64,000 nucleotides of DNA from Myxococcales bacterium (GTDB taxonomy: Bacteria > Desulfobacterota > Binatia > HRBIN30), in assembly GCA_037445065.1 (NCBI GenBank), contig JBBILD010000008.1:64001-128000 (forward strand). Reading direction: 5' to 3'. The position numbers and the translations under genes were made by a program. Below the pieces are notes generated by a model. It worked only from the letters and a program-made list of their open reading frames with translations, was not told where the DNA came from and ran no database searches. Below, in pieces: positions 9,577-21,199 of this stretch (positions are counted from its first letter, which is position 1; every line of letters starts with the position of its first letter).

Positions 9577-9610
9577 ACCGCAGTCGGGGGCTTACCGCCC
9601 AGGCGAGGAC

Positions 9611-10117
9611 TTGGGCTGGATTCGCCTGGGCCGACTTGTTCGCCCGCATTCTTTGTCGGGGGAAGTTTGTTTGTTGCCCGACAACCCCTCGAGTTCGACG
9701 TTGTCGAAAGGCACGGAAGTCGAACTCCGCCTGCAGGGGGACCGACAAATACGGCAGATCGCCGGTGTACGCCGACATAAGGTATTTTTGCTCCTGAGCT
9801 TTGCTGGGATCGAGGACCGGAGCGCAGCAGAGGCGTTAGTCGGCGCCGAGTTGTGGGTCAGAGTCGAGCAGCTCCCACCCTTGGGTGAGGGTGAGTTTTA
9901 CCTCCACGAGCTGCGCGGTATGGAGGTAGTGACCACGAGTGGGGAGAGGGTGGGAGAGGTCCTGGATGTGTGGCCAGCTCCAGCGGGCGATGTTTTGGTG
10001 GTGGGGTGTGGCGGCCGGGAAAGCCTGGTCCCGATGGTGGACACATTCATCAAGCAGGTTAATCGGCAGACACGCCAAATCCTCATTGATCCCATCCCGG
10101 GGTTACTGGGCGAATAA
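9611..10117 (+). CDS. rimM: Ribosome maturation factor RimM
   Basis: [41 protein letters not shown] start inferred. Confidence 0.95.
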   Translation: MGWIRLGRLVRPHSLSGEVCLLPDNPSSSTLSKGTEVELRLQGDRQIRQIAGVRRHKVFLLLSFAGIEDRSAAEALVGAELWVRVEQLPPLGEGEFYLHELRGMEVVTTSGERVGEVLDVWPAPAGDVLVVGCGGRESLVPMVDTFIKQVNRQTRQILIDPIPGLLGE

Positions 10118-10851
10118 TGCGGATTCACGTTCTCTCCCTGTTTCCGGAACTGTTCTCTTCGGTGTTGAACTCCACCATGCTCAAAAAGGCCCAGGAGCGG
10201 CGGGCCGTGGAGTTCTGTTTGGTGAACATCCGGGACTATGCCACCGATAAGCACAGAGTCACGGATGACACGCCTTACGGCGGTGGGCACGGGATGGTGA
10301 TGAAGGTAGAGCCCGTGGTTGCCGCCTTGGAGGCAGTGGGGGAAGGCTCGGAACGTCCGTACCGTGTGTTGCTGACGCCATCTGGCCGAGTTTTCAACCA
10401 AGACCGAGCCGTGGAATTGGCGAAAAAGCCGGGCCTCGCTTTGGTGTGCGGCCGTTACGAAGGCGTTGATGCAAGAGTCGCGTTCTTCGTTGACGAGGAG
10501 CTATCGGTCGGTGACTTCATTTTATCCGGTGGTGAAATCGCGGCACTCGTCGTCATTGACGCGGTTACCCGACTTCTGCCAGGCGCCTTGGGCTGTGAGG
10601 AGTCTTCACGGTCCGAGTCGTTCGCGGAAGGGCTGCTCGAGTACCCGCAGTACACACGGCCGGCTGAATTTCGCGGGCTTCGGGTTCCTGATGTGTTGCT
10701 CTCCGGTGACCACGAAGCGATCGCACGTTGGCGAAGAGAACAGGCGCTTCGGCTTACCTGGGAGCGGCGCCCGGATCTCTTATCTCGCGCTAGGCTCACT
10801 GAGCAAGACAAGGCGTTTTTAGCCACCCTCGTTGCGGCCTCACATGGCTGA
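10117..10851 (+). CDS. trmD: tRNA (guanine37-N1)-methyltransferase
   Basis: [41 protein letters not shown]. Confidence 0.99.
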   Translation: MRIHVLSLFPELFSSVLNSTMLKKAQERRAVEFCLVNIRDYATDKHRVTDDTPYGGGHGMVMKVEPVVAALEAVGEGSERPYRVLLTPSGRVFNQDRAVELAKKPGLALVCGRYEGVDARVAFFVDEELSVGDFILSGGEIAALVVIDAVTRLLPGALGCEESSRSESFAEGLLEYPQYTRPAEFRGLRVPDVLLSGDHEAIARWRREQALRLTWERRPDLLSRARLTEQDKAFLATLVAASHG

Positions 10852-11404
10852 TCTCTACCTCGCTCTGCTTCATCACCCCGTACTGGATAAAAACGGGCAG
10901 GTTGTGACCACTGCGCTCACGAACATGGACGTGCACGATATTGCCCGCTCCGCCCTAACGTACGGTGTACGCCGCTTTTACGTGGCGCACCCGGTGCGTG
11001 CCCTGCGCCTGCTGGCACAACGGATCGTCGAGCATTGGCAAACCGGCTACGGCGCCACGTACAACGTAACCCGTAAAGAAGCGTTGAGCATCGTGGCCCT
11101 CGAGGCGGATCTGGATGGTGTCCTCGTTGCGATCGAGCGTGAGACTGGCCAGTGGCCGCGATTGATTGCTACCTCGGCACGGGAGAGCCCCCAGCGCAGG
11201 ACCTTCGCGGAGCTTCGTGACGACCTGTGCCGGAGCACGCAACCCCAGCTTCTCCTGCTCGGTACAGGGTGGGGGTTGGCGCCCGAGGTGATCGCTCGAG
11301 CGGACGCTTTTCTAGAGCCGATCAGGGGTGTTGGGCCGTACAATCATCTATCGGTTCGTTCGGCGGCTGCCATTATGCTTGATCGGCTGAGGGGCTCGCG
11401 CTAG
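10844..11404 (+). CDS. SPOUT-family RNA methyltransferase (TM1570-like)
   Basis: [43 protein letters not shown]. Confidence 0.9.
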   Translation: MADLYLALLHHPVLDKNGQVVTTALTNMDVHDIARSALTYGVRRFYVAHPVRALRLLAQRIVEHWQTGYGATYNVTRKEALSIVALEADLDGVLVAIERETGQWPRLIATSARESPQRRTFAELRDDLCRSTQPQLLLLGTGWGLAPEVIARADAFLEPIRGVGPYNHLSVRSAAAIMLDRLRGSR

Positions 11405-11434
11405 GGATCGCCGTTCGTCTTACGAGGGAAAAAT

Positions 11435-11791
11435 ATGAAAAGCGGCAAACAGGTGATCGAGCGCATCGAGCAGCGCCAGCTCCGGTCCGACCTTCCCGAG
11501 TTTCGCCCCGGTGATACGGTGCGCGTGCACGCAAAAGTGGTCGAAGGCGACAAGGAGCGCATTCAGGTGTTCGAAGGAGTGGTCATCCGGCGGACTCGCG
11601 GCGGTATTCGGGCCACGTTTACGGTGCGGAAGGTGTCTTATGGCGTGGGGGTGGAGCGGACGTTCCCGTTGCACTCCCCGCGTATCGATAAGATCGAGGT
11701 TGTCAGCCGTGGCAAGGTGCGACGGGCGCGGTTGTATTACTTGCGTGAACTGTCAGGAAAGGCTGCTCGCATCCAGGAACGATCGTCCTGA
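11435..11791 (+). CDS. rplS: 50S ribosomal protein L19
   Basis: [41 protein letters not shown]. Confidence 0.99.
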   Translation: MKSGKQVIERIEQRQLRSDLPEFRPGDTVRVHAKVVEGDKERIQVFEGVVIRRTRGGIRATFTVRKVSYGVGVERTFPLHSPRIDKIEVVSRGKVRRARLYYLRELSGKAARIQERSS

Positions 11792-12628
11792 GTCAGTTCC
11801 TGGCGCTGACGGATCGTGGTGACTAGCTACGTACCGCTCCACGAATTCGTGTACGCGGGCCGCAACGATTTCTTTTTCGCAATCAACGCTGACAACGTGA
11901 AAGCTCCGTTCCAACCGAACGATTTCGACGCGCCCGGCGCCTGCTGCTTTTAAGAGTTCAATACCCTGCCAAGAGCAAGTGTGGTCCGCAGCGGACTGAA
12001 CCGCCAGGATCGGCTGTCTGAGAAGGGGCAACGCTTTGCGCACTTCGCGCTGTAAGCAAAGCAGCTCGTAGAGGGCGCGAACCGGGATCTGATCGTATCC
12101 ACGCCGCGCCGCTCTGGCTTCGGGGTCGGCGATGTCGCTCGGCCCTTTGCGTAACAACGGCCGCCAGCGGGCCAACAAAGGGAGCGCCGGCCGGAGCCAG
12201 TGTAGCCAGCGCGACTGTAAGACCAGCGCTGGGGCAAGCAGCACGAGTGCAGCCACTCTCTCAGCGCGATGCAACGCCGCCCACATCGCTAACAAGGCCC
12301 CAAGGGATTGTCCTACGACGATTGCAGGTTGTGCTGGGGTAGCGAAGGCAAGCAGTGTCTGTTCTAAGCGATCGTACCAATCACGCCACGCGACACGGTT
12401 CAGGTCCGCGGCTGAGCTGCCGTGACCGGGCAGCTGGACGGCAATTGCTTGCCTGCCCTTTTCCGACAGTTGGCGGGCGAGAAACGCCATCTCCTCGGCG
12501 GTGGCGGTGAAGCCGTGGACCAGCACGCACGCGGGCGAACGGCCGGGATACAATCTGATGGAATCACTTAGGCTGTCGCTTTGACCAGGTACGGGCAAGG
12601 ACCGAGAGAACGTTGTAGAAGCCGTCAC
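11753..12628 (-). CDS. Alpha/beta hydrolase (carboxylesterase / monoacylglycerol lipase-like)
   Basis: LVHGFTA, LPGHG, GQSLG nucleophile elbow, D (ADH) and H (SFHV). Confidence 0.9.
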   Translation of the reverse strand: MTASTTFSRSLPVPGQSDSLSDSIRLYPGRSPACVLVHGFTATAEEMAFLARQLSEKGRQAIAVQLPGHGSSAADLNRVAWRDWYDRLEQTLLAFATPAQPAIVVGQSLGALLAMWAALHRAERVAALVLLAPALVLQSRWLHWLRPALPLLARWRPLLRKGPSDIADPEARAARRGYDQIPVRALYELLCLQREVRKALPLLRQPILAVQSAADHTCSWQGIELLKAAGAGRVEIVRLERSFHVVSVDCEKEIVAARVHEFVERYVASHHDPSAPGTDSGRSFLDASSLS

Positions 12629-12633
12629 CGAAG

Positions 12634-14565
12634 TCAGCGAGCGCCGGAGGAACGCGATGCTGCAGCCACTTCGACTCGGCCGAGGCGGATCTGCGCTTCC
12701 GCCTTAAGGCCGTTGAGAAACTTTTCCAACACCTCGGACCGCCGCTCGTTGGTCGCTTGCTGAATCAAGCGATCCTTTTCCTTCTGGAACTCTGCCCAGT
12801 CCGGCGCCAGCTTTTCTTTGAAAGCGACAACATAGAAACTGTCCCCACTGCTGAACACTTGCGATGGTAAGGGTGACTCAGCTGAAAGTGCGAAGGCGAT
12901 CTTCTTGAGTTCTGGCAAAGTCCCGATGTGAGGAACGTACCCCCCTTCAAACGTGAACGGACCGGTTTCCTGAACTTCGCGTTGCATAGATTGCGCCGTG
13001 GCTTCGAAGCCTTTCTCCTTCGCGGCGGACAAGAAGGCCTCTGCCTTCTCGCGCGCCAGCGCGCGCGCCTTCTCGAGCCGGGCCTCAGCCGCAACCCTTT
13101 CCCGGATCGCGGGAAGTTCGGGTACGAACGACTCCTGCCTTTCGAGGACGCGGAAGATTACGAAATGATTTCCCGACCTGACCACGGGCCCGACTTCCTG
13201 CACCTTGGTTTCAAACGCTGCCCGACTGAGCGGGTGTGCCCCTAATTTCTCGATCGGGTCGTTTTGGGCAAACGGCCCCGCCACGCGCACCTCGATGCCC
13301 GATGTCCCCGCCACCTGTGCGAGGGAGTCCCCACTGGCCACGCGCTCCCGGTCTTGCTCCGCTTGTATCTGCGCGAGCGCGCGCGCCCTTTCGCGTTTGA
13401 GTCGTTCAGAAAGCGTGGCCTTTACCTCGTCGAACGGGCGAGTGTGGGCAGGCAGCTTCTCTTCTACCTTGATGATGTGAAAGCCAAAAGTGGTTTCCAC
13501 GGGCTCGCTGACGCTCCCGGGTTCCAGACTAAAGGCGACTGCCTCGAAGGGAGCCACCATTTTCCCGCGCTCGAAAAATCCCAAGTCACCGCCCTGTTCG
13601 GCACTGCCGGGGTCCTGGGACAGCTCTTTCGCGAGAGTGGCAAAGTCCTCACCTTTACGGATGCGGGACAAGGCCTCTTCTGCCCGTTTGCGGGCTTCTT
13701 GTTTTTGCTCTGCCGACGCCGACGGTTCGAGCCGGAACAAGATGTGGCGGGCCCGGACCTTCTCAGGTGTAGAAAACTCGCTTTCGTGCTCTTCGTAGTA
13801 ACGGCGAATTTCTTCCTCCGTTACCTCGGCGCGAGGCAAGAAGGTTTGTTCGTCGTAGAGCGCGTACTCGACTTTGACTCTCTCGGGCTCGCGAAAGGAC
13901 TCGCGGTGCCTGTTGTAGTAATCTTGCACGTGGGCATCATCCACTGCCACTTCTCGGGAGAACTGGTGCGGGTCGAACTCCACGAAGGCCAAATTGACCT
14001 TTTCGTTCACGGCTAGGAACTGCTGGCGCGCGTCCTGCTCGGACACGTACACCCCCGCCAACGCGATATCCTGCACCTTACGTACAATAAGATCCCGCCG
14101 GACAGATTCTTCGAACTCACCCGGTGTTAGGCGATTGGCTCGCAGTACCCGCAGGTAGAAGTCCTTGTCAAATTGGCCTGCCTCGCTGCGGAAGGCTGGC
14201 ATCTGCGCGATTGCGTCACGCACCTCCTTATCTGTCGCGGTAAGGCCCCATCGCACCCCAGTTTGATACAAAAGCTCCGTCCGGATGAGCTGATCGAGTG
14301 CCTGACCGCGGGTGTCGACGCTTTGCAAGAGTTCAGGGCGAAATTGGTCTCCGTACAGGTCGCGGTAAAAGCGAACGAGATTCTCATGTGCGCGCTCGAG
14401 TTCCTTCTCGGTAATCGGCACCCCGTTTACAGTCGCGGCAGGACTGAAACGATCTGTTCCCTGCAAGCCCACGCCGATTCCCCAGTAAATGAACGTCGCC
14501 GCCAACAGCCCGAACAACAGTTTGATCCACAGAGAGGCGGCGTGGCGGCGCATGAACTTCAACAT
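12634..14565 (-). CDS. ppiD: Membrane-anchored periplasmic chaperone PpiD (SurA-N plus parvulin)
   Basis: N-terminal [32 protein letters not shown]. Confidence 0.93.
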   Translation of the reverse strand: MLKFMRRHAASLWIKLLFGLLAATFIYWGIGVGLQGTDRFSPAATVNGVPITEKELERAHENLVRFYRDLYGDQFRPELLQSVDTRGQALDQLIRTELLYQTGVRWGLTATDKEVRDAIAQMPAFRSEAGQFDKDFYLRVLRANRLTPGEFEESVRRDLIVRKVQDIALAGVYVSEQDARQQFLAVNEKVNLAFVEFDPHQFSREVAVDDAHVQDYYNRHRESFREPERVKVEYALYDEQTFLPRAEVTEEEIRRYYEEHESEFSTPEKVRARHILFRLEPSASAEQKQEARKRAEEALSRIRKGEDFATLAKELSQDPGSAEQGGDLGFFERGKMVAPFEAVAFSLEPGSVSEPVETTFGFHIIKVEEKLPAHTRPFDEVKATLSERLKRERARALAQIQAEQDRERVASGDSLAQVAGTSGIEVRVAGPFAQNDPIEKLGAHPLSRAAFETKVQEVGPVVRSGNHFVIFRVLERQESFVPELPAIRERVAAEARLEKARALAREKAEAFLSAAKEKGFEATAQSMQREVQETGPFTFEGGYVPHIGTLPELKKIAFALSAESPLPSQVFSSGDSFYVVAFKEKLAPDWAEFQKEKDRLIQQATNERRSEVLEKFLNGLKAEAQIRLGRVEVAAASRSSGAR

Positions 14566-14664
14566 ACGGGCGGTACCTCGAATGCCACGATAGACAAGCC
14601 TTCTCCTAGGCGCAATTCAAAGGCGACCGGCGACCGAACCGCGGGGGTGACTCTTCGGGAGCGT

Positions 14665-14961
14665 TTACGTGACGCGGCGCGTGTAAGCTCGCCACTCCTC
14701 CGGGGTGAGAGCTTCTACGGAGAGCGCGTGAATCCAGCTTCGCAACTCTTCCGCCAGGAGTGCGTATACAGCCCGATGGCGGTCGAGAGTGGACTGCCCA
14801 GAAAATCGTTGCGACACGATGCGAAGACGCAGGTGCTTTTTGCCCGGTTGCGCTTCTCGGTGTCCCCTGTGACGATTGCTCTCGTCCTCGAGTTCTAGGA
14901 ACTCGGGTGCAAAGTAGTTTGTTAGCTTAGTGCGTAGCTGTTCCAGGTTCGCCTCGGACAT
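14665..14961 (-). CDS. bolA: BolA family protein
   Basis: DESNRHRGH, HLRLRIVSQRFSG, RHRAVY, IHALS. Confidence 0.92.
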   Translation of the reverse strand: MSEANLEQLRTKLTNYFAPEFLELEDESNRHRGHREAQPGKKHLRLRIVSQRFSGQSTLDRHRAVYALLAEELRSWIHALSVEALTPEEWRAYTRRVT

Positions 14962-15433
14962 GTCGGGTCGGCCGCAAAGGAACCACTTCATTCATCTCTG
15001 TCCAATAAGCAATCAGACTTCGGACTACATGGCAAAACCGCTCGAACTGCGTCGGTTTGACTACGTAACTGTTCGCGCCCAAGCGATAGCACTCCTCGAT
15101 TTCTTCGGAATCACTGGAAGAGCTAAACACGACAACGGGGAGGAGGGCGGTGCCAGGGTGGGATCGAATTTTTTGCAGCAACTCTCGACCATCGGACCGC
15201 GCTAGGTGCAGGTCCAGAAGAACCAATCGAAGCCCGCTCTCGTCTCCAGAGGCTTCCTCTCCAAAAAGTACAGCTTCGGCTTCTCCCACCTCTGTGACTT
15301 GAAGCAATTTGTAGAGCCCGCGCCCATCGCTCAAGGCCGCGGCCAAGATCTCCTGATCGTAGGCGTCGTCCTCGACCACCAACACCACTGGCAATTGGGA
15401 TCCGCTCCGCCACTCCCACCGTTTCTTTTGCAC
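14927..15433 (-). CDS. Single-domain response regulator (Rcp1/CheY-like)
   Basis: VVEDD, LLDL, VFSSS, CYRLGANSYVVKP; GTG start inferred. Confidence 0.88.
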   Translation of the reverse strand: MQKKRWEWRSGSQLPVVLVVEDDAYDQEILAAALSDGRGLYKLLQVTEVGEAEAVLFGEEASGDESGLRLVLLDLHLARSDGRELLQKIRSHPGTALLPVVVFSSSSDSEEIEECYRLGANSYVVKPTQFERFCHVVRSLIAYWTEMNEVVPLRPTRHVRGEPGTATH

Positions 15434-15506
15434 TGCATCACCTGTATATCGTGTTGCTAGCGTCTCATTCTCTTTGCCAGATCGCAATAGAAAAGAGTCC
15501 CGGCCC

Positions 15507-17495
15507 TCAGACGGGAGGGACGGTGAGGACGCGCACGGAATGGGGCGGCATGAGACCTAGCTCGACCACGCCGTTGCGTACGGGCAGGATTGCGCCAGTC
15601 CAAAATTCGGGCACATGGGTCAGGCTCCTGGCGTGGGGCGCATACCGCAGGAGGTCGACATGTTTCGTCGCCGCGGTGTCCATCGGATTGAAGATGGCGA
15701 TCGAGAACTGCTCAGCGGAACTCTGTACCAAAATGTCCGGAAAGTCCCCGCACATTACGTCCACAAAAGTTGCGCTGCTGTCGGTGGCCAGTTCTAAGGT
15801 TTGTCGTAGTCGCTCGACCTCGGGCTGGGCGAACAGCGCAAGGCGATCGCTGAGGACAACGGACCCGCCGGTGAGGGCGATCGCGGTCGCCAACGTACGA
15901 AACTCCTCTTCGCTCAGGCGTGTGGACTGAGTACGAACCATCAAACAGTCAGGGTCATTGATCCACCAGCGCCGGTGCAAAAAGGCACGAGACAGAATGT
16001 TGCGCACGGCGTGTTTCGTTGCCACGCCGTGTAAGTCGCGCAGGATCACCCGGCTGATGGTGTCAGACCAATATGGCGCGACGTCCGGGCCAATGCGCAT
16101 GCTGTCTACGAGCCCGACCGCAGGTCCGAAAGGGCATCCACAGCCAATCAGGAACGTGTCCGGAGCGGCGCGGCGAATCGCCTCCAAGCCAATCCGAAGG
16201 GCCGCCGCGCGGGTAACGTCTTTCCGGTAGCGGTGCCCCGGCAAGGCGCCGGCGTAGAGAAAATCCAGCTTGAGCAGGTCGAAGCCCCATTTCTGTGTCA
16301 GAGTCGCGATGGTTCGTTGCAGCCATTCCAGGACGTCTGGGTGGGTGCAGTCGACCGCGTAACATGCCCGCCAGCCCCACAGCGGGTTCCTTAGCGCAAG
16401 CACCGGACGCCCTTCCTCGTCTTTGACGAGCCACTCCGGGTGCTCCCGAGCGAGGCGGGATGTGCTGCGGGCGAGAAACGGGGCCAGCCAAATTCCGGCC
16501 CCATAGCCCGCGCGGTGGATCCGCTCCGCCAAGTACTGCATCCCATGGGGAAATTTCGAGTTGGTGTCCAGCCAATCCCCTACATCGGCTTGGTAGCCGT
16601 CATCGATTTGCACGTAGTCGAGCCTCAAGAGGCCGCGCAGCTGCTGGGCATGTTCTAAATTTTCGAGAACGGCCCCCTCGTCAACATTAGTGAAATAGTA
16701 GTACCACGAGCACCACCCATGAGGTTTTTCCGCTGCAAGCCGGGCTTCCATGGTTTGCCCGCTGAGTTCTGCGTAGGCACAAAGTAGGGCGAATGGGTCG
16801 GATCCACAGCCAAGGGCGAGCGGGGGCAAAATCAGCTCTGCCCCAGGCTCCAGCCGCACGCCCTCATAATCCACTGCGGCGCGCCATTGGGTGCAGTGAT
16901 TTGCGTTGACCGCGATTTCGATGGCGGGAAACACGGTGCGCGCGTCCAAAAAGCCAGCGAGCAATGTGCACCCTGTAGGCCGGTGTTGGATGGCGGTGAA
17001 AATTTCGGAACGGAACTCCCCTGGGCGTTGTCGCGGCAGATGTTGGGGGTCGAGTACGCTGATTTGCACGAATGAAAAGCAGGGAGCAGGATCTATATCG
17101 GTCGCGGCGAAGCTCCGCGTGCCGGTCCAAGACTGGTATCCGTTCCGATAGATCATCCATTCTCTGGTTGGCCCGCGAACCGCTACCCTGCCAAAGTCGG
17201 GCAACCAGAGAGGAGCCACTTCATACATCCGAACCGAAGCAGTGCCCAAGTTGCGGAGCTTACCGTGGATCACGGCGAAATCTCTCTGCTGGGCAAGGGA
17301 AAATTCGAATTGCAGCCCATCGCCGTTTGGCTCGCACAGAATTTTGTCCGTCGTTCCTGGCAGGGCGGGTCGGTACGACTCGCTTCTGCCGCCGGCCAAG
17401 TAGCGAGCCGCCGGGCGTAAGTCCTGGAGGAAGATCCCGTGTTCCTCGCAGCGGAAGTGAAAACGCCCGTCCCGAACCTCGTACTGCAACCCCAC
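15507..17495 (-). CDS. Alpha-galactosidase, glycoside hydrolase family 36
   Basis: GWCSWY, QIDDGYQ, LLKLDFL, MRIGPDV, INDPDCL; GTG start after AAGGAG (ORF can extend to 17588). Confidence 0.88.
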   Translation of the reverse strand: MGLQYEVRDGRFHFRCEEHGIFLQDLRPAARYLAGGRSESYRPALPGTTDKILCEPNGDGLQFEFSLAQQRDFAVIHGKLRNLGTASVRMYEVAPLWLPDFGRVAVRGPTREWMIYRNGYQSWTGTRSFAATDIDPAPCFSFVQISVLDPQHLPRQRPGEFRSEIFTAIQHRPTGCTLLAGFLDARTVFPAIEIAVNANHCTQWRAAVDYEGVRLEPGAELILPPLALGCGSDPFALLCAYAELSGQTMEARLAAEKPHGWCSWYYYFTNVDEGAVLENLEHAQQLRGLLRLDYVQIDDGYQADVGDWLDTNSKFPHGMQYLAERIHRAGYGAGIWLAPFLARSTSRLAREHPEWLVKDEEGRPVLALRNPLWGWRACYAVDCTHPDVLEWLQRTIATLTQKWGFDLLKLDFLYAGALPGHRYRKDVTRAAALRIGLEAIRRAAPDTFLIGCGCPFGPAVGLVDSMRIGPDVAPYWSDTISRVILRDLHGVATKHAVRNILSRAFLHRRWWINDPDCLMVRTQSTRLSEEEFRTLATAIALTGGSVVLSDRLALFAQPEVERLRQTLELATDSSATFVDVMCGDFPDILVQSSAEQFSIAIFNPMDTAATKHVDLLRYAPHARSLTHVPEFWTGAILPVRNGVVELGLMPPHSVRVLTVPPV

Positions 17496-17696
17496 CCATT
17501 TCTCCTTTGACGTGGCGTGAAGCCGTTTGCTTTTGTCGTGAAAGGAGTAGGCTGTCAACTCCCGAACCAGCCTCAACAGTTGGTTCAATGCTTGGTGCGA
17601 GGCCCGGCGATCCCTCGTTTGCTGCTCAGCCGGGCCCAGGGCGTCCTCTTCCCGCCTCGGGATCCTAATCGCCGCACTTTCCGACCGGTATTTCCC

Positions 17697-19292
17697 TCAG
17701 GCAAAAGCTAGCCGCGTTCCGTGCTCATGGATCACTTGCAGAAACTCTAGCAGCAACTCCTCACGGATCGCGTTGAATTCCCCAAGGCTCGTCGTGCGCA
17801 CGTACGCCGAGATTTCGATATCGAAAGAGCGGGTGCCAAATCCGACGAGCGACACGCGCCCGGAGTCGGGAAAGACCTTTGGGTGGCTCGTTAGGGTCTT
17901 GCGCAAGTGATTGAGGACCTGGTGCAGCTGCTCGATGGTTGCATCGTGGTGCAGGTTCAAAGTAGTGGAGAAGCGCATTCGGTCCCGACGGCTGAAGTTC
18001 TCGATCTGCATCGAGGCAAACTGGCCGTTCGGAATCGATAGTAGGGTTCGGTCTGGGGTGCGCAGCCAAGTGGAACGTAAGCCGATGTCGATCACAGTTC
18101 CGACCTTGTCCCCGAAGCGGCAAAATTCGCCCACTCGCACCGGTTGATCCGCCACCAAGGTGATTCCGCCGAATAAGTGCTCCAAGGTCCGCTGGCCGGC
18201 CAAAGCCACGGCGAGGCCACCGATACCGAGCCCGGCCACAAGGCTCGTCACGTGGAAGCCGAGGTTCTGTAAGGCGGCCAGGCTGGTGAGAATGACTGCA
18301 AGGCTTTTTGCTGCTCGGCGGCCGAGTGGCAGGAGAGCAGCAACCACCTGACGGTTTGTGGCGCGCTCTTGAAGCATAAGGGCCATCCCGTCGATGGCAC
18401 GGAGGAAACACCAGGCCACGAGAATCCAGCTTCCGGCGCGGATCAAGGATTCCGCGATTTGCGTGGTGCGCACAGACAGGCTGAGCCACTCGATTCCCTC
18501 GCCGAAAAGCTGCGCCGCGATTAGCCAGTGGAGAGGCCGGCGTAAGCCCGCGACGGACTCTTCGCTGAGCGGCACCCACGACCGGGTGATGAGCAGGCGG
18601 CCGAAACGCACCAGAACGTTCGTGACGCCGATGGAGAGCGTCCACGCAATGACAGAGAGCGCAACCAAACTGATCCACTGCCAGGCTGGGACGCCGGCAA
18701 CCCGAGTCTCCAAGAACGACTCGGGCAAGTAATGCTCGAGGGGGCCGTAACCGAACTCCTGGTAAAGTTCTGGCACGCGCGCCACCGTGTCGGCCGCAAT
18801 CTTCCAGATCAACGCGCCATCTTCGCGGTGGATGCGTTCGAGCAACAAGCGCACGGGTTTTTCGCCAGGCTTGAGAAGCGCCACGTTTTCGCGACGCGGG
18901 GGCAGTCCGTCTTCCCGATCTCCTTCAGGGGAGTCACTGAGTAGCTCAGGGTCGATCCAAACCGTCCGCTCAATGATGATGCACAGTTGGCGAGCGAATT
19001 CGGGGCCGCGCACCGAGCGAGCCGCAGGCGGGATGCGGCGTAGGTCGAGGTAGTGTTGGCCTCGCTCATACTCGCTCCCGCTGCAAGTAGCGAGAAACGC
19101 GCGCATCGTGGAACGAGGAGTGCCGCGTTCGAAATCGTCGACCGGTCCTGGAGGCGAGGTCGCAACGGCGACCGGACTCGGCGCAGAACCCGGTGTCTCT
19201 TGGGCTGGCGCGATCGCTGCGCAGAAGCCAAACAGGCACGCGCACGCAGCGAGCAGACCATTGGTGGACCACCGGACCATACCCTTGCTCAT
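17697..19292 (-). CDS. MscS-family mechanosensitive channel with N-terminal periplasmic domain
   Basis: Signal peptide; AGLGIGGLAVALAGQ, DQPVRVGEFC, IGLRST, IPNG. Confidence 0.92.
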   Translation of the reverse strand: MSKGMVRWSTNGLLAACACLFGFCAAIAPAQETPGSAPSPVAVATSPPGPVDDFERGTPRSTMRAFLATCSGSEYERGQHYLDLRRIPPAARSVRGPEFARQLCIIIERTVWIDPELLSDSPEGDREDGLPPRRENVALLKPGEKPVRLLLERIHREDGALIWKIAADTVARVPELYQEFGYGPLEHYLPESFLETRVAGVPAWQWISLVALSVIAWTLSIGVTNVLVRFGRLLITRSWVPLSEESVAGLRRPLHWLIAAQLFGEGIEWLSLSVRTTQIAESLIRAGSWILVAWCFLRAIDGMALMLQERATNRQVVAALLPLGRRAAKSLAVILTSLAALQNLGFHVTSLVAGLGIGGLAVALAGQRTLEHLFGGITLVADQPVRVGEFCRFGDKVGTVIDIGLRSTWLRTPDRTLLSIPNGQFASMQIENFSRRDRMRFSTTLNLHHDATIEQLHQVLNHLRKTLTSHPKVFPDSGRVSLVGFGTRSFDIEISAYVRTTSLGEFNAIREELLLEFLQVIHEHGTRLAFA

Positions 19293-19518
19293 TCCAAACC
19301 TCCTCGCGGAGACCGGACCTAGGGGTGAGGCTGTCGTTGATGCAAGCGGATAGCGCTGCCGAGCATTAGGCTACTCGCAGGCTTCGTTCCCGTAAGATGT
19401 CGTTGGCCTTTTATGGTTCCAGGGCTGTGCTGTTATGTGCCAGTGTTTCGGAGACCACCTAGCAGGCTGCATGCAGTCCGCTGCTTGCCCGGTCGAACGT
19501 GCCCGCTAGAAGCGAGGC

Positions 19519-19842
19519 ATGCTGTCCATTGATGAATTTGGGAAGGTCGAATTGCGCGTCGGTACAGTTGTGACAGCCGAGGTACATCCAAACGCTGACC
19601 GGCTGCTGGTGTTGCAGGTGGATCTGGGAAGCGAGAAGCGGCAGATCGTGGCCGGGATCCGCAAGCATTACGCTCCCGAGTCCCTCTTGGGTAAGCAAAT
19701 CGTCGTGGTGGCGAACCTCGAACCCGCAACGCTGAGGGGAGTCGAAAGCCAAGGCATGCTGTTAGCGGCGAGCGACGAGGAAGGCCGTTTGGCAGTCATT
19801 TGTCCTGAGCGGGAGGTCGCGGCAGGCGCTCGTGTGAAATAG
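19519..19842 (+). CDS. Stand-alone tRNA-binding OB-fold protein (MetRS C-terminal / Trbp111 / CsaA-like)
   Basis: LRVGTV, HPNADRLL, RQIVAGI, NLEPATLRGVESQGMLLAA. Confidence 0.92.
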   Translation: MLSIDEFGKVELRVGTVVTAEVHPNADRLLVLQVDLGSEKRQIVAGIRKHYAPESLLGKQIVVVANLEPATLRGVESQGMLLAASDEEGRLAVICPEREVAAGARVK

Positions 19843-19951
19843 CTGCCGGCTCCACGCGCGGTGGCGGTTGCCCGAGCCGGTAGCCACGTTCGAGCGCTTG
19901 ACGTAGGGAACAGGAGCAGACAGCTCAGCCCAGTTCGGAGGAGGTGAAGCC

Positions 19952-21178
19952 ATGGCGATTGATTTCTCGTTCCCACCAGAGATCGAAGAGGTCCGGCTGC
20001 GGGTGCGGAGATTCGTAGAGGAAGTGGTACGCCCTGCCGAGAAGGAGATCGAGGCGCGGTCCGGAGATCGCAGCTTTCTGATCCGCAAGATCGTCGAGAT
20101 GCGGCAAGCGGCGCGGGCATGGGGCGTGTGGCTGCCACACATGCCAAAGGAGTATGGCGGCATGGGCTTGGGGCACGTCGCGATGGCAGCAGTGTCCGCG
20201 GAGGCGGCCAAGTCGCCCTATGGTCCGTTCGCCCTCAATGCACAGGCTCCGGATGAGGGCAACATGCACACCTTGTTGCATTGGGGAACCCAGGAACAGA
20301 AGGAGAAATATCTTCGCCCGTTGTGCGAGGGCGTGATTCGGTCTTGCTTTGCCATGACCGAGCCGGAAGTGGCTGGCTCCGATCCGACTTTGATCCAAAC
20401 TCGCGCGGTCCTCGAAGGAGATGAGTGGGTAGTCAACGGTCATAAGTGGTTTATCTCAGGAGCGCGCGGTGCAAAATTTGCGATCCTTATTGCACGCACG
20501 GAAGACAATCCCCCCATCCCGCAGGCGGCCAATTCTGCATTCATCGTGGATCTACCCGCCGAGGGCTGGACGGTTGTGCGCGATATCGAGACCATGGCTG
20601 GGTCGCACAATCACTGCGAGATCCGAATCGAGAACCTGCGCTTGCCACGGAACAGCTTGCTGGGGGAACGAGGTCAGGGGCACTTACTCGGCCAGTACCG
20701 GCTCGGGCCGGCTCGGTTGGCTCATTGTATGCGCTGGATCGGGCAAGCGGAAATGGCGTTGGACATGATGGTGGACCGAGCGCTGAAGCGGTATGCGCAT
20801 GGGTCGTACTTGGCGGAGAAGCAGGGGATTCAGTGGATGATCGCCGATTCAGCAATGGAGTTGTACCAGTGCAAGCTCATGGTTCTGCACGCTGCGTACA
20901 AGATCGACCGTCGCGAGGACTTCCGCAGCGAAGTTTCCATGGCCAAACACTTCGTTGCGAACGCACTGAACAGGATCATTGACCGTGCCATCCAAGTGCA
21001 TGGTGCCTTGGGGTATTCAATGGACACGCCGCTGGCGCGAATGGCGCAGCAGGCTCGGTGGGCGAGATTTGCTGATGGCGCCGATGAAGTGCATCAGTGG
21101 CGAATTGCTCTTCGCACCATCGAGGCGTACAAACGGGATGGCACGACCAAAGCTGCGACCGGCGGGCTACCACTTTGA
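19952..21178 (+). CDS. Acyl-CoA dehydrogenase
   Basis: APDEGNM, FAMTEPEVAGSD, NGHKWFISGA, IQVHGALG, DGADEVH. Confidence 0.96.
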   Translation: MAIDFSFPPEIEEVRLRVRRFVEEVVRPAEKEIEARSGDRSFLIRKIVEMRQAARAWGVWLPHMPKEYGGMGLGHVAMAAVSAEAAKSPYGPFALNAQAPDEGNMHTLLHWGTQEQKEKYLRPLCEGVIRSCFAMTEPEVAGSDPTLIQTRAVLEGDEWVVNGHKWFISGARGAKFAILIARTEDNPPIPQAANSAFIVDLPAEGWTVVRDIETMAGSHNHCEIRIENLRLPRNSLLGERGQGHLLGQYRLGPARLAHCMRWIGQAEMALDMMVDRALKRYAHGSYLAEKQGIQWMIADSAMELYQCKLMVLHAAYKIDRREDFRSEVSMAKHFVANALNRIIDRAIQVHGALGYSMDTPLARMAQQARWARFADGADEVHQWRIALRTIEAYKRDGTTKAATGGLPL

Positions 21179-21199
21179 CTGAGCGACCACAACGGCTGC

